A stretch of 64,000 nt of DNA, taken from the IMG/VR virus record IMGVR_UViG_3300028392_002123. One strand, written 5' to 3'. Numbering within the stretch: the first letter of the stretch is position 1; each line of letters begins with the position of its first letter. Position numbers and translations under genes: made by a program. Under the pieces are notes generated by a model, which worked only from the letters and a program-made list of their open reading frames with translations, had not been told where the DNA came from and did not search any database. This DNA is from a virus. Lineage: Duplodnaviria > Caudoviricetes. Of the stretch, positions 1 to 9,911 are shown in pieces.

Positions 1-2460
1 TCTATGTAAGTCTGGACGGTTGGCACTCAACCAAGCTTTGGCATTAGCTAAATCATCAAATACTTTGCGTGTGACTCCACTGCTGTCAATGACATGATAG
101 CGAACTTCTGTGCTGTCGTCTATGCGCTTACGTGTAACACGTTTAATGCCAGGTTCACCTTCCCTAACTGAACGCATACCTTCATCCACGGCATCGACTG
201 CTTGCCCTAGAGCACTGACACTTTCTTTTTTAGCTGTTTTAGGAAACTGTGTTCTCAGTACCTGTTTTAAAATTGCCTGTGCTTGGGGATTGTTGGCCGG
301 CAACATTTCTCTATCTAAAGCATAATATGCCCATGTAGTATAGCTGTTACTTTCCACAGTATTAACACCTGCACTTATATCCACTGATATTAATCTTGCT
401 ATAGATTTTATTTGTGGAACCAAGGTCACAGTATAAAATTTGTCAACGGCTGTATCCTGTGCTTTTTTCTTTCTATCTTCATTTCTAAATTTAGCAACTA
501 ATTTTGTTTTTGCCAAGTTGCTGTTTGTTTCAATATTGCTTACTGTGTACTGTTTGCCAAACTGTTGTTTTACTATATCTTCAACTGTCTTGCTACGTGA
601 TACATTCCATATGTAGAATTTAAGCACAGGCAACCCTTTTGTTCTAATAAAATTGGCCGCTGTGCTAGCTGTTGTATCGGATGTAATTTCTGGTTTGTCA
701 CCGGCCAGTTTGACCAATTTGGTTTTATATTCATTGGCGTATAAATTAGGATCGCTGGCAATGATCATAGCACGAATAAAACGACCAGCAGTATTATATA
801 TGCCCGAAAAATCTGCTAGGTAATTGCCGCCGGCATGTCTGAAACTAATGTATTTGCCATTGTAACTGATACTGGCAGTATGTTGACGACTATAAGAAGC
901 CACAATACCCTGTAACATTTTTTCATCAACTGTGTTGGTCTGTCTGGGTTTGTCAAATACAGTGGATTGTTTTTTACCTACCTTAGTTTGTATTGCGTTG
1001 TCGTCACTGGTGGCCACTGCCGTGGATAAGTTTTTAGTCACGCTGTCCGCATATCTATTATTCTCACGACCAAAGTAACGTAGTACATACTGATCGCCTA
1101 GGAATACTGCCAACTTCAATACATCTAACTTTTGTGGTATACTGACGTTGATGTGCAGGCCTGTTGAATTATTAGTGTATAATTTAAGCTCTTGTGCTAT
1201 AGTATAAAACTTTTTAAGAGCGTCGATGGCAGTGGCCGCAGGCAATGGTGGGCTGACAATCTCAGCACTACTTTCTGTTTCTTCATCATTGGGAGATAAA
1301 CTTCCATCTGGTTCCACGTACCAATCAGTTAGGTTTTTATCTTCTTCGTGATAGTCATTGAATATGTTTACTTTTGCGCCCATGGCTGCTTGTACTGCTG
1401 TGGCTATTACCTTGGATGCTTTGCTGTAATTTTCATCTTCATCGTAGCTGTCCCAGTAATCGTCATCTTCTTCATCATAGTCATCCAATCTTAATAATTC
1501 CCATGCAGACTCGGGGTCAGTGTAAGTGAATAAATTATTAAAGTTTCTTTCTACTTGTGCTGGTGTTAATCCCAGTGCAAATCTAAAAAGTTGTGGCCAG
1601 CCAATGCGGCTTACCATTCTTAGTTCATTTCCAAGCATTTCTAATCTGCTGCCGCCTCTAGAATTAAAATACATTAAACGGCCTAGTCGATTAGCAAATG
1701 TTAGCTGTGTTTCAATACTTTTATTTGTGGGCATCGGGCCATGTTCTTGTTTATATTTTTTTAGGAATTTTTTTCTGTCTTCTTCGGGAATTTTATAATA
1801 TACTTCAAGCACAGAATCTAGAATACCTGAATTCATATATGCCTTAAATGCTTCCTGCATATTTTTATAACCCTTTGAAGTATCTTTTAATTTAAATACT
1901 GCATCAAAACTCACCGGCTGTAGATTATCAAAGTCTAGATTATCACTGCTGAACGGGCTGTGTTCATCCAAAGCGTCTGCAATTTTCTTAGGAGTCATTC
2001 CAGTATCTTCAGCGTCCTTTTCACTGCCACCCATGTTAACTGTTTCTGCAGGAATACATACTTCAAATTCAAAACCTACTAGCACACCCTTGTCCTGGCC
2101 TGTGCTGATAGCCTTGGCAAATTCTCCAGGATTCATAGGAGCTTCGTCTAGTTCTTCTTCTTTGGTCAATGACTTTAATTTGTTCTGCTTTAACCAACGC
2201 TCGTAGTCTGCTACACTTCTGAATTCTTTCTTCTTAACATTTTGCTTGTCATGTTGATCGAACCAAGATCTCATTTTACTAGTATCTGTTGGATCTTTGG
2301 CATTTTCATCGCCGGCAAAAAAGTCGCGCATGGTTGCCAAGCTGGCTTCTTCAACTGCTTGTCTTAGTGCAGATCTATGGTCATTGTTATTTTCTACAAC
2401 AGGTACCTGAACAGTATCTTCTTTTATTTCTTGCTTGTTTATAAAATTATTAAATCTCAT
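1..2460 (-). CDS. Putative amidoligase (COOH-NH2 ligase-like) mosaic protein, runs off the window start; not in the supplied ORF track
   Basis: Translated in part by hand: starts MRFNNFINKQEIKE at 2460 and contains VGFEFEVCIP, EIVSPP and YTNNSTGLHINVS in the same frame, matching the motifs of the neighbouring paralog. The last codons at the window edge (FDDLANAKAWLSANRPDLHR) are still in frame. Not every codon was checked for stops. Confidence 0.8.
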   Translation of the reverse strand, partial: MRFNNFINKQEIKEDTVQVPVVENNNDHRSALRQAVEEASLATMRDFFAGDENAKDPTDTSKMRSWFDQHDKQNVKKKEFRSVADYERWLKQNKLKSLTKEEELDEAPMNPGEFAKAISTGQDKGVLVGFEFEVCIPAETVNMGGSEKDAEDTGMTPKKIADALDEHSPFSSDNLDFDNLQPVSFDAVFKLKDTSKGYKNMQEAFKAYMNSGILDSVLEVYYKIPEEDRKKFLKKYKQEHGPMPTNKSIETQLTFANRLGRLMYFNSRGGSRLEMLGNELRMVSRIGWPQLFRFALGLTPAQVERNFNNLFTYTDPESAWELLRLDDYDEEDDDYWDSYDEDENYSKASKVIATAVQAAMGAKVNIFNDYHEEDKNLTDWYVEPDGSLSPNDEETESSAEIVSPPLPAATAIDALKKFYTIAQELKLYTNNSTGLHINVSIPQKLDVLKLAVFLGDQYVLRYFGRENNRYADSVTKNLSTAVATSDDNAIQTKVGKKQSTVFDKPRQTNTVDEKMLQGIVASYSRQHTASISYNGKYISFRHAGGNYLADFSGIYNTAGRFIRAMIIASDPNLYANEYKTKLVKLAGDKPEITSDTTASTAANFIRTKGLPVLKFYIWNVSRSKTVEDIVKQQFGKQYTVSNIETNSNLAKTKLVAKFRNEDRKKKAQDTAVDKFYTVTLVPQIKSIARLISVDISAGVNTVESNSYTTWAYYALDREMLPANNPQAQAILKQVLRTQFPKTAKKESVSALGQAVDAVDEGMRSVREGEPGIKRVTRKRIDDSTEVRYHVIDSSGVTRKVFDDLANAKAWLSANRPDLHR

Positions 2461-2470
2461 TGTTATTCCA

Positions 2471-4576
2471 TTATGCCATTACTGGATAAACTTCATAGTT
2501 ACCATCGAAGTTATTTTCTCTTGCCCATAGTGCGGCCAATCTGTTGGCATCAGCCTGACTATTACCCACACCACGGAATCTATATACTTCGCGTCCTAGA
2601 CCATCAACCACTCGCCACTGTCCTGTAAAGTTACCGGCCGGGGATGCATTATTATTGGTACTAATAGTTTGATCATTATTACCAACTGTGCCTGCGGGTT
2701 GTGGATTACTTGCAGGAGCTCCGGTTGGTTCAACTGCCTGGCCGCCAACATGCCTAATACCAAACATAGCAGTGGCCTGTCCGTGTTGCAGGAGATGTGG
2801 ACCCATTCTAATATAATCCTGTAAATGTTCTAATGCTGTTGCATCGTCACTGACAAATCCAGTCGGCACACGTTCTACACTATTACCAGTTAATTTATTA
2901 TAAATTTCATAGCGTGGCGTATTATCTGCTTGATCGTAGGGTCTAACTGGTTTTGCAGTAATGTTTGTAGCATTAGCCCAGTCTGGATATTCTGCTCGTC
3001 CTTTTTCGATAGCTTCTTCTTTGCTGGTAGCAACAACTTCAACACTGGCACCATAGCCAGGACGTCCCACACTCCACCAATATTTTGTACCTGTTGGACC
3101 TTTCTTTAGTTTACGCTGTAATTGTGCTTGTTTGACAAAACTACGTAGTGCGGCCTGTGGCATTTCACCAGCACTATACTTGGCAAAGTATTGAATTGTA
3201 TCTGTTGAATCGTTGCTGGGAGTTAATAATTTATAAAGTTTTTTAGCATATTCTTCTTTGTATTTTGTTTCATCACAGGCGGCATCCAAGGCCACAACAA
3301 AACGCAACAAGGTATTGGTAATATTTCCTTCGTCGGCAGCATACTCTCCCAGCCAATCTCCGCCAGGACTGCGGAATTCAATATATCCTGTTTTTGTGTT
3401 GATACTAGTATATTTGCTGGTAGCTCCACTGTGAATAACTTTGCCAGCCAAGGTCGCTAGACCCTGTTTCATTTTGTCCAGGATAATTGCTACATCATCA
3501 GGGCGTTGAACAATACGTTCTTTGACAATGTCCACAGCACTCTTACAGTATGTATTGCCCAGCCTGCCAAATTTTTCTAGAATGTATTTGTCACCCAACA
3601 ACAATGCTAGTTTCGTATAGTCTAGCTTTTCCATGCTAAAATCAGGAACACTGACGTTGATGTGTAGGCCAGTGCTGTCATTGGTATAACAACCTTTGTT
3701 ATTAGCCCAGTTAACAACTTTGTCCAAGTCCGACAACATTTCATCTAGGGGTAAAGGCGGGCTAACAAATTCCAGGCCGCCGTCACTGCTGTCGTCTGGA
3801 TCTAAACTGCTGTCTGGTTCTACTACATAGTGTCCTGCTTCTCTGCGGCCGCCGTGATATCTATCGCTGGCATTTACTGGACGTCCTATCTCTCGACTAA
3901 ATTCATCTGCTACATCATCAACACTGATACCAGATTCTTGACTATGATAATGCGGCCAATTAATATCATAGTTACTTTCAACATCGGACATATTTTCTAT
4001 GCCTTCGTGTTCCAACCAATCACTTTCTAAGTCAGCATTACTATAAAAATCATCACGGAAATCATCTTCGGCATCTTCGTACCATGGACTAATTTGATCT
4101 TCTATTACTTTGTCCGTGGCCTTGGCAAAATCTTCTTTTGTTGGTTCGGGATACTCGCCGTCTTCATTGTGTTCAAGTTCTAATATACCGGCAATATCTT
4201 CGGCATTGGCGTTTTCTTTTAACCATCGATAAATGACTTCGCTCATGTCCGAATCCCAACGATCGTGTACCTGTTCATCCAGCCATCCATGATAGTCTTC
4301 CTGCATCTTATCGCGAAGACGTTCTACGTCTCTGCGACCATTATAATCACCATCATAGAAAAAATCGTAGGCATCCTGAATACTGCGAATACCTTCGTCG
4401 CTGTCATAGTCTGGCTCAGGATATTCGTCGTTGTCTCCTTGACTGGCACCAGGAACAATCATTTCAAATTCCATGCCAGCACGAGCATCAATGGTAGCGG
4501 CTATTGTTTTTAAATTAGATGGACTCATGTTGATCTCATCCAAGCGTTGTTCGTTGATAACGTCTAATAATTTCAT
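2471..4576 (-). CDS. Putative amidoligase (COOH-NH2 ligase-like) with C-terminal extra modules
   Basis: GMEFEM, DGGLEFVSPP, TNDSTGLHINVS, KYTSIN and IEFRSPGG motifs. Start moved to MKLLDVINE (4576), which gives an ATGA overlap with the upstream stop. Confidence 0.8.
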   Translation of the reverse strand: MKLLDVINEQRLDEINMSPSNLKTIAATIDARAGMEFEMIVPGASQGDNDEYPEPDYDSDEGIRSIQDAYDFFYDGDYNGRRDVERLRDKMQEDYHGWLDEQVHDRWDSDMSEVIYRWLKENANAEDIAGILELEHNEDGEYPEPTKEDFAKATDKVIEDQISPWYEDAEDDFRDDFYSNADLESDWLEHEGIENMSDVESNYDINWPHYHSQESGISVDDVADEFSREIGRPVNASDRYHGGRREAGHYVVEPDSSLDPDDSSDGGLEFVSPPLPLDEMLSDLDKVVNWANNKGCYTNDSTGLHINVSVPDFSMEKLDYTKLALLLGDKYILEKFGRLGNTYCKSAVDIVKERIVQRPDDVAIILDKMKQGLATLAGKVIHSGATSKYTSINTKTGYIEFRSPGGDWLGEYAADEGNITNTLLRFVVALDAACDETKYKEEYAKKLYKLLTPSNDSTDTIQYFAKYSAGEMPQAALRSFVKQAQLQRKLKKGPTGTKYWWSVGRPGYGASVEVVATSKEEAIEKGRAEYPDWANATNITAKPVRPYDQADNTPRYEIYNKLTGNSVERVPTGFVSDDATALEHLQDYIRMGPHLLQHGQATAMFGIRHVGGQAVEPTGAPASNPQPAGTVGNNDQTISTNNNASPAGNFTGQWRVVDGLGREVYRFRGVGNSQADANRLAALWARENNFDGNYEVYPVMA

Positions 4577-7500
4577 TGCGGTTTCTTCCAAGCTTTTGCA
4601 GGAACATTCAGTGTCTTTTCTAAATGTTTAAGCGAAGCATTAATTAATGTATCTGAACTATCGCGTCCCGGTTGCCAGTACCAACGACCACTCTGTGTTT
4701 GTCTTAGTCCCATGGCTTTTAAATCAATGTGACTAAAACTGCCACCGCCACGACCTACATCAAAGAAGTATAGTGTATCAGCAGGATTGCCAGCACTTTC
4801 ATTTTTAGGTTTCTTATGATGCTTTTTCATGTTGATGGCTATAGCGGCCTGCTGTGCGGCATTACCTTCTTCTATGCTTTCATTGGGCACACAGTTATTA
4901 ACTCCGACACCGCCTTTGATCTTAGTGCCTTCTTTGTGCTTGCCTTTCCAGCACTTGGGATCTAATCTTTGTCGAACACTTTCGGCCATGCTGACATTAT
5001 TTTTTAGGTCTTTTGTAATTAACTGTAGTAATTCTTTGGCAGCACCATCGCCCCACTCTAGGCTTTTGATAATAGCGTGTGCGCCTTCCTTGCCTATTTG
5101 TTGAATAATATGCTGTAGTAATTCTCGAGTAACATGTGGTACACCTTTGGCATCACCTTCTGCCTCCGCCACACCCTCGCCTTCGTCTAAGTCCCACACG
5201 GTCCTCAATCCAGATCCGCCGTGATCGCTGAGTAATTCATCAATCATTTCGCTGACATGACTGTCTAATTTATGTTGTGCCGCTAGTCCGGCACGCTCAC
5301 CTTTGGTTACATAGATGCTGGCAACTTTCTTTGCGTTAGCAAAATCTTCGGGTTCATAGCCCAACTCATCGTTTTCAGCTTCATACTCGGGTATGTATTT
5401 TAATATCATTCGACCAATGGTTGGACCAGCATCTGATTCTGCAGTTTTGCCTTGAGCAATATTAGTAATTTGATTTATATCGTCAATTTGATTTGTATTA
5501 CCATTTGCGCCCATGCCTTGCCATACATTGATTTGGTATGCTGGTAGGCCAGTGGCCTGAAGACCGCGATTCATATCGGAAAAATATTTGTTGATGGCTG
5601 ACACGGTTTTAACTATCATAGCAGCCAGTTGCTTTTGATTGTGAGTAGTAAATTCTTTATTGGTATCGAAATACACCTCTGTATAGCCTTGCCCTTGGCC
5701 AGGCTCAACCAAATCCCATCCGTATTTTTGACCAATGACTGTTAATTGTTGTTCAATTCGATCAGGAGTAAATTTTAGGTCTTTTATCAACTGACCTGGA
5801 TCATCGGTGGTAGCAGGCAAGGCTCGGCCATTTACTGTAGCGCCACGAATCCGTTTAGATGGTTGCTCACTGGCATAACTGACTGCAACATATCCACTAA
5901 CAGGATCAGGAGTGTTCTTTTGAATAGCACCCATCATTTTTTGGAATTTTGGATCATCGGTTGCGGCTTCCGCCACACCTTGCTGACCAATTTGTACTAA
6001 CCATTCTAATTCATCGTCAGCATCTTTGACATCAAAGAATTTAACATTAGGAATCTTCTTGGCAGCAAACCATTTGTTGGCTACTTTAACCATAAGGGCA
6101 CGATGTTGTGGATCACGAACATCCGGCTCGTAGCCCCCTGTTAAGTTTGCCCATAACGCACTTGGATTACCATTGCGGTCATAACCTAATAGTTCACGCC
6201 ATTGTTGTTGTAATTGTTGTGGTACATACTGATCTAACTCTGTGTCACTCATCCACTCTTGACCAATGTCAACACCTTCCGCCACATTTTTTTTACCATA
6301 CCGTTGTAGTAAATCTTTACCTGTACTTAATTCAAATGCATCTTTTACATAAGGTCCTAAACGTTCAATAGCACGTTGTTCTATCTTAGGTAAATTTATT
6401 TTAGCATCTTGTATGTTATCATATTCCCCGTATAACACTACTGCACCATCCCAAGCCCATACATAATATTTGCTTGGATCAACATTATACTTACCGCCAT
6501 TAATAGTCTCGATGCCTTCCGCCACACCTTGCTTATAACTTGGTTGTGTAAGTTTAACCGGCGGCGCTTGAACTGCGGCTACTAATAATTTATTTCCAGC
6601 GGCAATAGCATTTTTTAATGCCTCATCTCTACTTGTGGCCACTTGACCAGCATCTTTGAACATAGCAGGATTGCGAACATTTACTGTGGGATTGGGCAAT
6701 GGTTTGTTGTTTATAAAATATTCTTTATTGTTGGCATTTTGTAATATCCACTTGTTTACCTCATACCTATCTTTTAAGAATTGTAGTTTGCCCTCTCCGT
6801 CTTTGCCATCAGTGGGGTCGAGTCCTGACTGAGTCAATTGCTGTAAAAATTTTCCTTGATTTTGTGGATAAGCATCCATATGTTGCACTAACAACCAAGC
6901 CGCATAAGGTGCCGCAGGATATGACCCTTTACCGTCCGCACCTTTGTCAGATAGTATTGTGTTTATATTTTGTTGTATATATGGCCAAACTTTAGCTTGG
7001 AAACCGGCTCGACGAGTAGGATCTTTAAATTGCTGATCTTGATTCATCCAGGCATTAAGTTGTTGTCGAATTTGGTTTGTATTTTGTTCCAAGCCTTCCG
7101 CCACACCTTCTGTTAGATCTTCTGCAGACCATGACTGATAGCTACGGCCATGCTCATCACCACTACGTATCACAAACACGCCGCCGTTGTCGTAGCCGCC
7201 TTCGTCTTCGCCGATTTCCCAGCCAGTGCGAGCCAGTATTTCTTCTATTTTTAACTGTGTGGCTTCGTCACCGTTCCACCACATACGAGCATACTTGTGT
7301 AAGATGTCATCTTCACCGTCACCGCCGCCATTGCCGGGCGCAAATTCATTTAATGAACTTTCACTGACAGGTGCTAGATATTGATCAAATACTTGTTTAA
7401 TTCTTTTTGGATCTGCGGCCCGGGGATAAAGCTGTTTAATAATGCCTAGTCTGCCAGCATCATCTGCTTCGGCATACATTGCACGTACTTGACTGCCGCT

Positions 7501-7959
7501 GTATACTTCTTCACCATTGACATCAAACACATGTTTCTTAGTAACAAACACATAACCGTGCTTGCTCAATGGTTCACATTCTGCAACACTATGAAATGGT
7601 TGATAGTAACCAGGCGTGCCATCTTTTTTGGTATAGGGCATAGGGTCGCGTTCACTGCGAACTATTACTAGAATATCTCTTTCGGGATTGAATTGTTCTG
7701 TGATTTCTCGTGGATTAATTGGCTGACGTACCTGTACAAAAGGATCTACCACGCCTGCTTGCTGTGCTAAAAATTGTTTGGCTTCAAAGGGAATAGGACG
7801 AGTCTTTGTATCATTGCTGGCCGCTACAAAGAACTTGGCATGTGGGAACTCTTGTTTGGCTTGAATATAACTGCTCATGTGTCCTTGATGAAAGGGCTGG
7901 AAACCACCGCCATATACTACGATTACCTGTGGTTGATCTTTTAATTCTAATAAACGCAT
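4573..7959 (-). CDS. Mosaic polyprotein: N-terminal HIGH-motif cytidyltransferase-like domain plus at least 7 unrelated modules joined by VAE-type linkers
   Basis: GGGFQPFHQGH (HIGH motif) at the N-terminus. AAWLLVQHMD resembles DUF6624 (from memory). A CWKGK...NCVP module lies near the C-terminus. GVAEG/NVAEG/GVAEA linkers recur. Confidence 0.75.
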   Translation of the reverse strand: MRLLELKDQPQVIVVYGGGFQPFHQGHMSSYIQAKQEFPHAKFFVAASNDTKTRPIPFEAKQFLAQQAGVVDPFVQVRQPINPREITEQFNPERDILVIVRSERDPMPYTKKDGTPGYYQPFHSVAECEPLSKHGYVFVTKKHVFDVNGEEVYSGSQVRAMYAEADDAGRLGIIKQLYPRAADPKRIKQVFDQYLAPVSESSLNEFAPGNGGGDGEDDILHKYARMWWNGDEATQLKIEEILARTGWEIGEDEGGYDNGGVFVIRSGDEHGRSYQSWSAEDLTEGVAEGLEQNTNQIRQQLNAWMNQDQQFKDPTRRAGFQAKVWPYIQQNINTILSDKGADGKGSYPAAPYAAWLLVQHMDAYPQNQGKFLQQLTQSGLDPTDGKDGEGKLQFLKDRYEVNKWILQNANNKEYFINNKPLPNPTVNVRNPAMFKDAGQVATSRDEALKNAIAAGNKLLVAAVQAPPVKLTQPSYKQGVAEGIETINGGKYNVDPSKYYVWAWDGAVVLYGEYDNIQDAKINLPKIEQRAIERLGPYVKDAFELSTGKDLLQRYGKKNVAEGVDIGQEWMSDTELDQYVPQQLQQQWRELLGYDRNGNPSALWANLTGGYEPDVRDPQHRALMVKVANKWFAAKKIPNVKFFDVKDADDELEWLVQIGQQGVAEAATDDPKFQKMMGAIQKNTPDPVSGYVAVSYASEQPSKRIRGATVNGRALPATTDDPGQLIKDLKFTPDRIEQQLTVIGQKYGWDLVEPGQGQGYTEVYFDTNKEFTTHNQKQLAAMIVKTVSAINKYFSDMNRGLQATGLPAYQINVWQGMGANGNTNQIDDINQITNIAQGKTAESDAGPTIGRMILKYIPEYEAENDELGYEPEDFANAKKVASIYVTKGERAGLAAQHKLDSHVSEMIDELLSDHGGSGLRTVWDLDEGEGVAEAEGDAKGVPHVTRELLQHIIQQIGKEGAHAIIKSLEWGDGAAKELLQLITKDLKNNVSMAESVRQRLDPKCWKGKHKEGTKIKGGVGVNNCVPNESIEEGNAAQQAAIAINMKKHHKKPKNESAGNPADTLYFFDVGRGGGSFSHIDLKAMGLRQTQSGRWYWQPGRDSSDTLINASLKHLEKTLNVPAKAWKKPQ
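5165..7105 (-). repeat. Five dispersed in-frame copies of TGTGGCGGA (plus-strand TCCGCCACA), extended consensus (A)AGGTGTGGCGGA(A/G)G, encoding (G)VAE(G/A)
   Basis: Copies at 5165-5173, 5969-5977, 6278-6286, 6518-6526 and 7097-7105. Spacings of 804, 309, 240 and 579 nt are all multiples of 3. Confidence 0.9.
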
Positions 7960-9233
7960 TATCTTACCTTTGCAAAATTCTCACGGCTAAAGTCAAGTCT
8001 GTCAACTATCTTAACTGCTTCGGTGCCACCTTTGCCCAAGTGGTCAACAATGACAACACCTTCTTCGGGCTTGACATCATAGCTACCATCTGGACGAGCA
8101 ATGAATGTATTTACTTGTCTAATTTTAGCATAGTGTTGCTGTAGTTTGTTCTTGACATTCTGTATACCCAAGAACAAGAAGTAAACATTTTCAATGGCTT
8201 CTTCGTGACTGCGAATAAATGCCAGTGCGCTTTCAGCGGCTTCACGCTTGCGATCCTGTCCTGTCTGTGTTTTTAATTTAGCAATGTCTGCCTGTAATTT
8301 TTCATCAAAGCGATTGATAAAGTTGGCTACATAGCCGCCGGCATTGTCCATCTGTCCTGCACGTACCATTTTATTAACGTCGATTTTAATAGCGTCACGC
8401 ACAGCATGACCAGCAATGGTAGCATCCAACCATTTAAATGTGTCTGTGCCAATGCCCTTTAAGAAGTTACGTAGTTCAGTGATAGCATAGCGTAGATCAT
8501 AGGTTTCATCTCTGGTCAATGTGACACTACCGCTGACATCTTTAATGCCGGCATCTCTATACCATATAAAAGGACTGGTGCCCAAGCCGCTGACGTCGGC
8601 GCCAAAATGTGCTGTCATATCCTGTACAGTAGGACCGCCTGTATAAGTTGTATGGAACACAATGCCCACTTTACAACGACTCATTTTGTCTGCCAATGGA
8701 CCTGCAGGCACAGCATAGGTCAACAGGTTTGGAGTAAATGTAAAGTATGTTTGTCCATCAATGTCCTGGAAGCCGCTGGTACCATCACCTTCGGTCCATA
8801 ATAAATCACCTTGAAGAATTTTATCTCCATAGTTTAAGTCTTTGAGATAGTTAAAAGCCAATTTTAATTTGTCACGTAATGGACCATAGTTAACAACTTC
8901 TCCATTGCGTTCTTTGTTGGGCTTTAAACGATCAACGTCTGAGGGCTTGTATATTCTGCCATCTTTGGTACTGGCAAATATACCTTTGTCGCCCATGACA
9001 AAATAACCTGTTTCTGGATCTGTGCCCAAGAATAATGCAGGACTGCCATCCCATTTTTTAGTGGCAAAATAACGTTGCTCGGTTGTGCCAGCTAATAAGT
9101 TTGTTGCACCTTCGATGTAGTCAATGGCTTCAATGGCACCTTGGTGGCCACGATTCCATATTTCGTCGTCTAAGTGTTCTAAATGGGTGTTTTTCCCATC
9201 TACTGCTTCGGTGATAATTTGATTTATTTTCAT
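7959..9233 (-). CDS. DUF6267-like protein with KxDG nucleotidyltransferase (ligase-like) motif
   Basis: KNTHLEHLDD, TKKWDGSPA, LQGDLLW, FTPNLLTYAVP and EEGVV...KIVDRLDFS motifs recalled from a T4-like cyanophage family that usually sits next to a cytidyltransferase, as here. Confidence 0.7.
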   Translation of the reverse strand: MKINQIITEAVDGKNTHLEHLDDEIWNRGHQGAIEAIDYIEGATNLLAGTTEQRYFATKKWDGSPALFLGTDPETGYFVMGDKGIFASTKDGRIYKPSDVDRLKPNKERNGEVVNYGPLRDKLKLAFNYLKDLNYGDKILQGDLLWTEGDGTSGFQDIDGQTYFTFTPNLLTYAVPAGPLADKMSRCKVGIVFHTTYTGGPTVQDMTAHFGADVSGLGTSPFIWYRDAGIKDVSGSVTLTRDETYDLRYAITELRNFLKGIGTDTFKWLDATIAGHAVRDAIKIDVNKMVRAGQMDNAGGYVANFINRFDEKLQADIAKLKTQTGQDRKREAAESALAFIRSHEEAIENVYFLFLGIQNVKNKLQQHYAKIRQVNTFIARPDGSYDVKPEEGVVIVDHLGKGGTEAVKIVDRLDFSRENFAKVR

Positions 9234-9250
9234 GGGTTTAATTGGAAATA

Positions 9251-9793
9251 TTAAGTATATTTACCTGAATTAAACCAATTAATAAATTTTGCTTCGCCGG
9301 CTTTAAGAGCATCTTCCCAAACAGTACCGGAGTCACCGTCGGCATTGTCGCTGATCCATTTCATGCTGATCCATTTAGTGTTTAGCCTGTCACAGACTTT
9401 GGCAATGGCCCATAGTTCCATGTCCACTATATCGCAGTGGTCTTTAGTCCAATTGTCAGGATCCGTGACAAAGTTATTGCCACTGCCACAGCGTATGCCA
9501 GTTTGGCCGCTGTTGTAATAAAGTATATTTTCGCCCAGCATAAAACCACGTTGACGCAGAGGTTCACAGTTGGCATCACGTTGACATACACTAGCCACAC
9601 TGAGCAGGCCTTGAATGTTTTTAAGTGCGCCCGCGCTACCATAGTTAATGACTAAATCAGGTTGATGTTGAGTTATGGCTTCGTAGGCCATCATTGCGGC
9701 ATTGGATAAACCTACACCTGTGTAGACCACAGGTGCATCAATTAAATCACGGTTTAATTCTTCGGGGAGTGCTACTAGTACTAATGTTTTCAT
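9251..9793 (-). CDS. Nucleoside phosphorylase / MTA-SAH nucleosidase family protein
   Basis: TGVGLSNAA, INYGSAGAL, VDMELWAIAKVC and KWISDNAD motifs. Confidence 0.8.
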   Translation of the reverse strand: MKTLVLVALPEELNRDLIDAPVVYTGVGLSNAAMMAYEAITQHQPDLVINYGSAGALKNIQGLLSVASVCQRDANCEPLRQRGFMLGENILYYNSGQTGIRCGSGNNFVTDPDNWTKDHCDIVDMELWAIAKVCDRLNTKWISMKWISDNADGDSGTVWEDALKAGEAKFINWFNSGKYT

Positions 9794-9911
9794 ATCAGTA
9801 TATATACTGAACAGTCAAATTTATTATTAGTAGCGATTAATGTCTTCGACAATAAAAATTAAAGTATTTAGAAACTCTAATTTTAATTCTTCTAATCTAG
9901 TCTTAGCAACA

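Noticed and set aside
5165-7105. CRISPR array interpretation of the TCCGCCACA repeats
   Set aside because: The repeats are under 21 nt, irregularly spaced by 240-804 nt, in frame inside a long ORF, and there are no cas genes.
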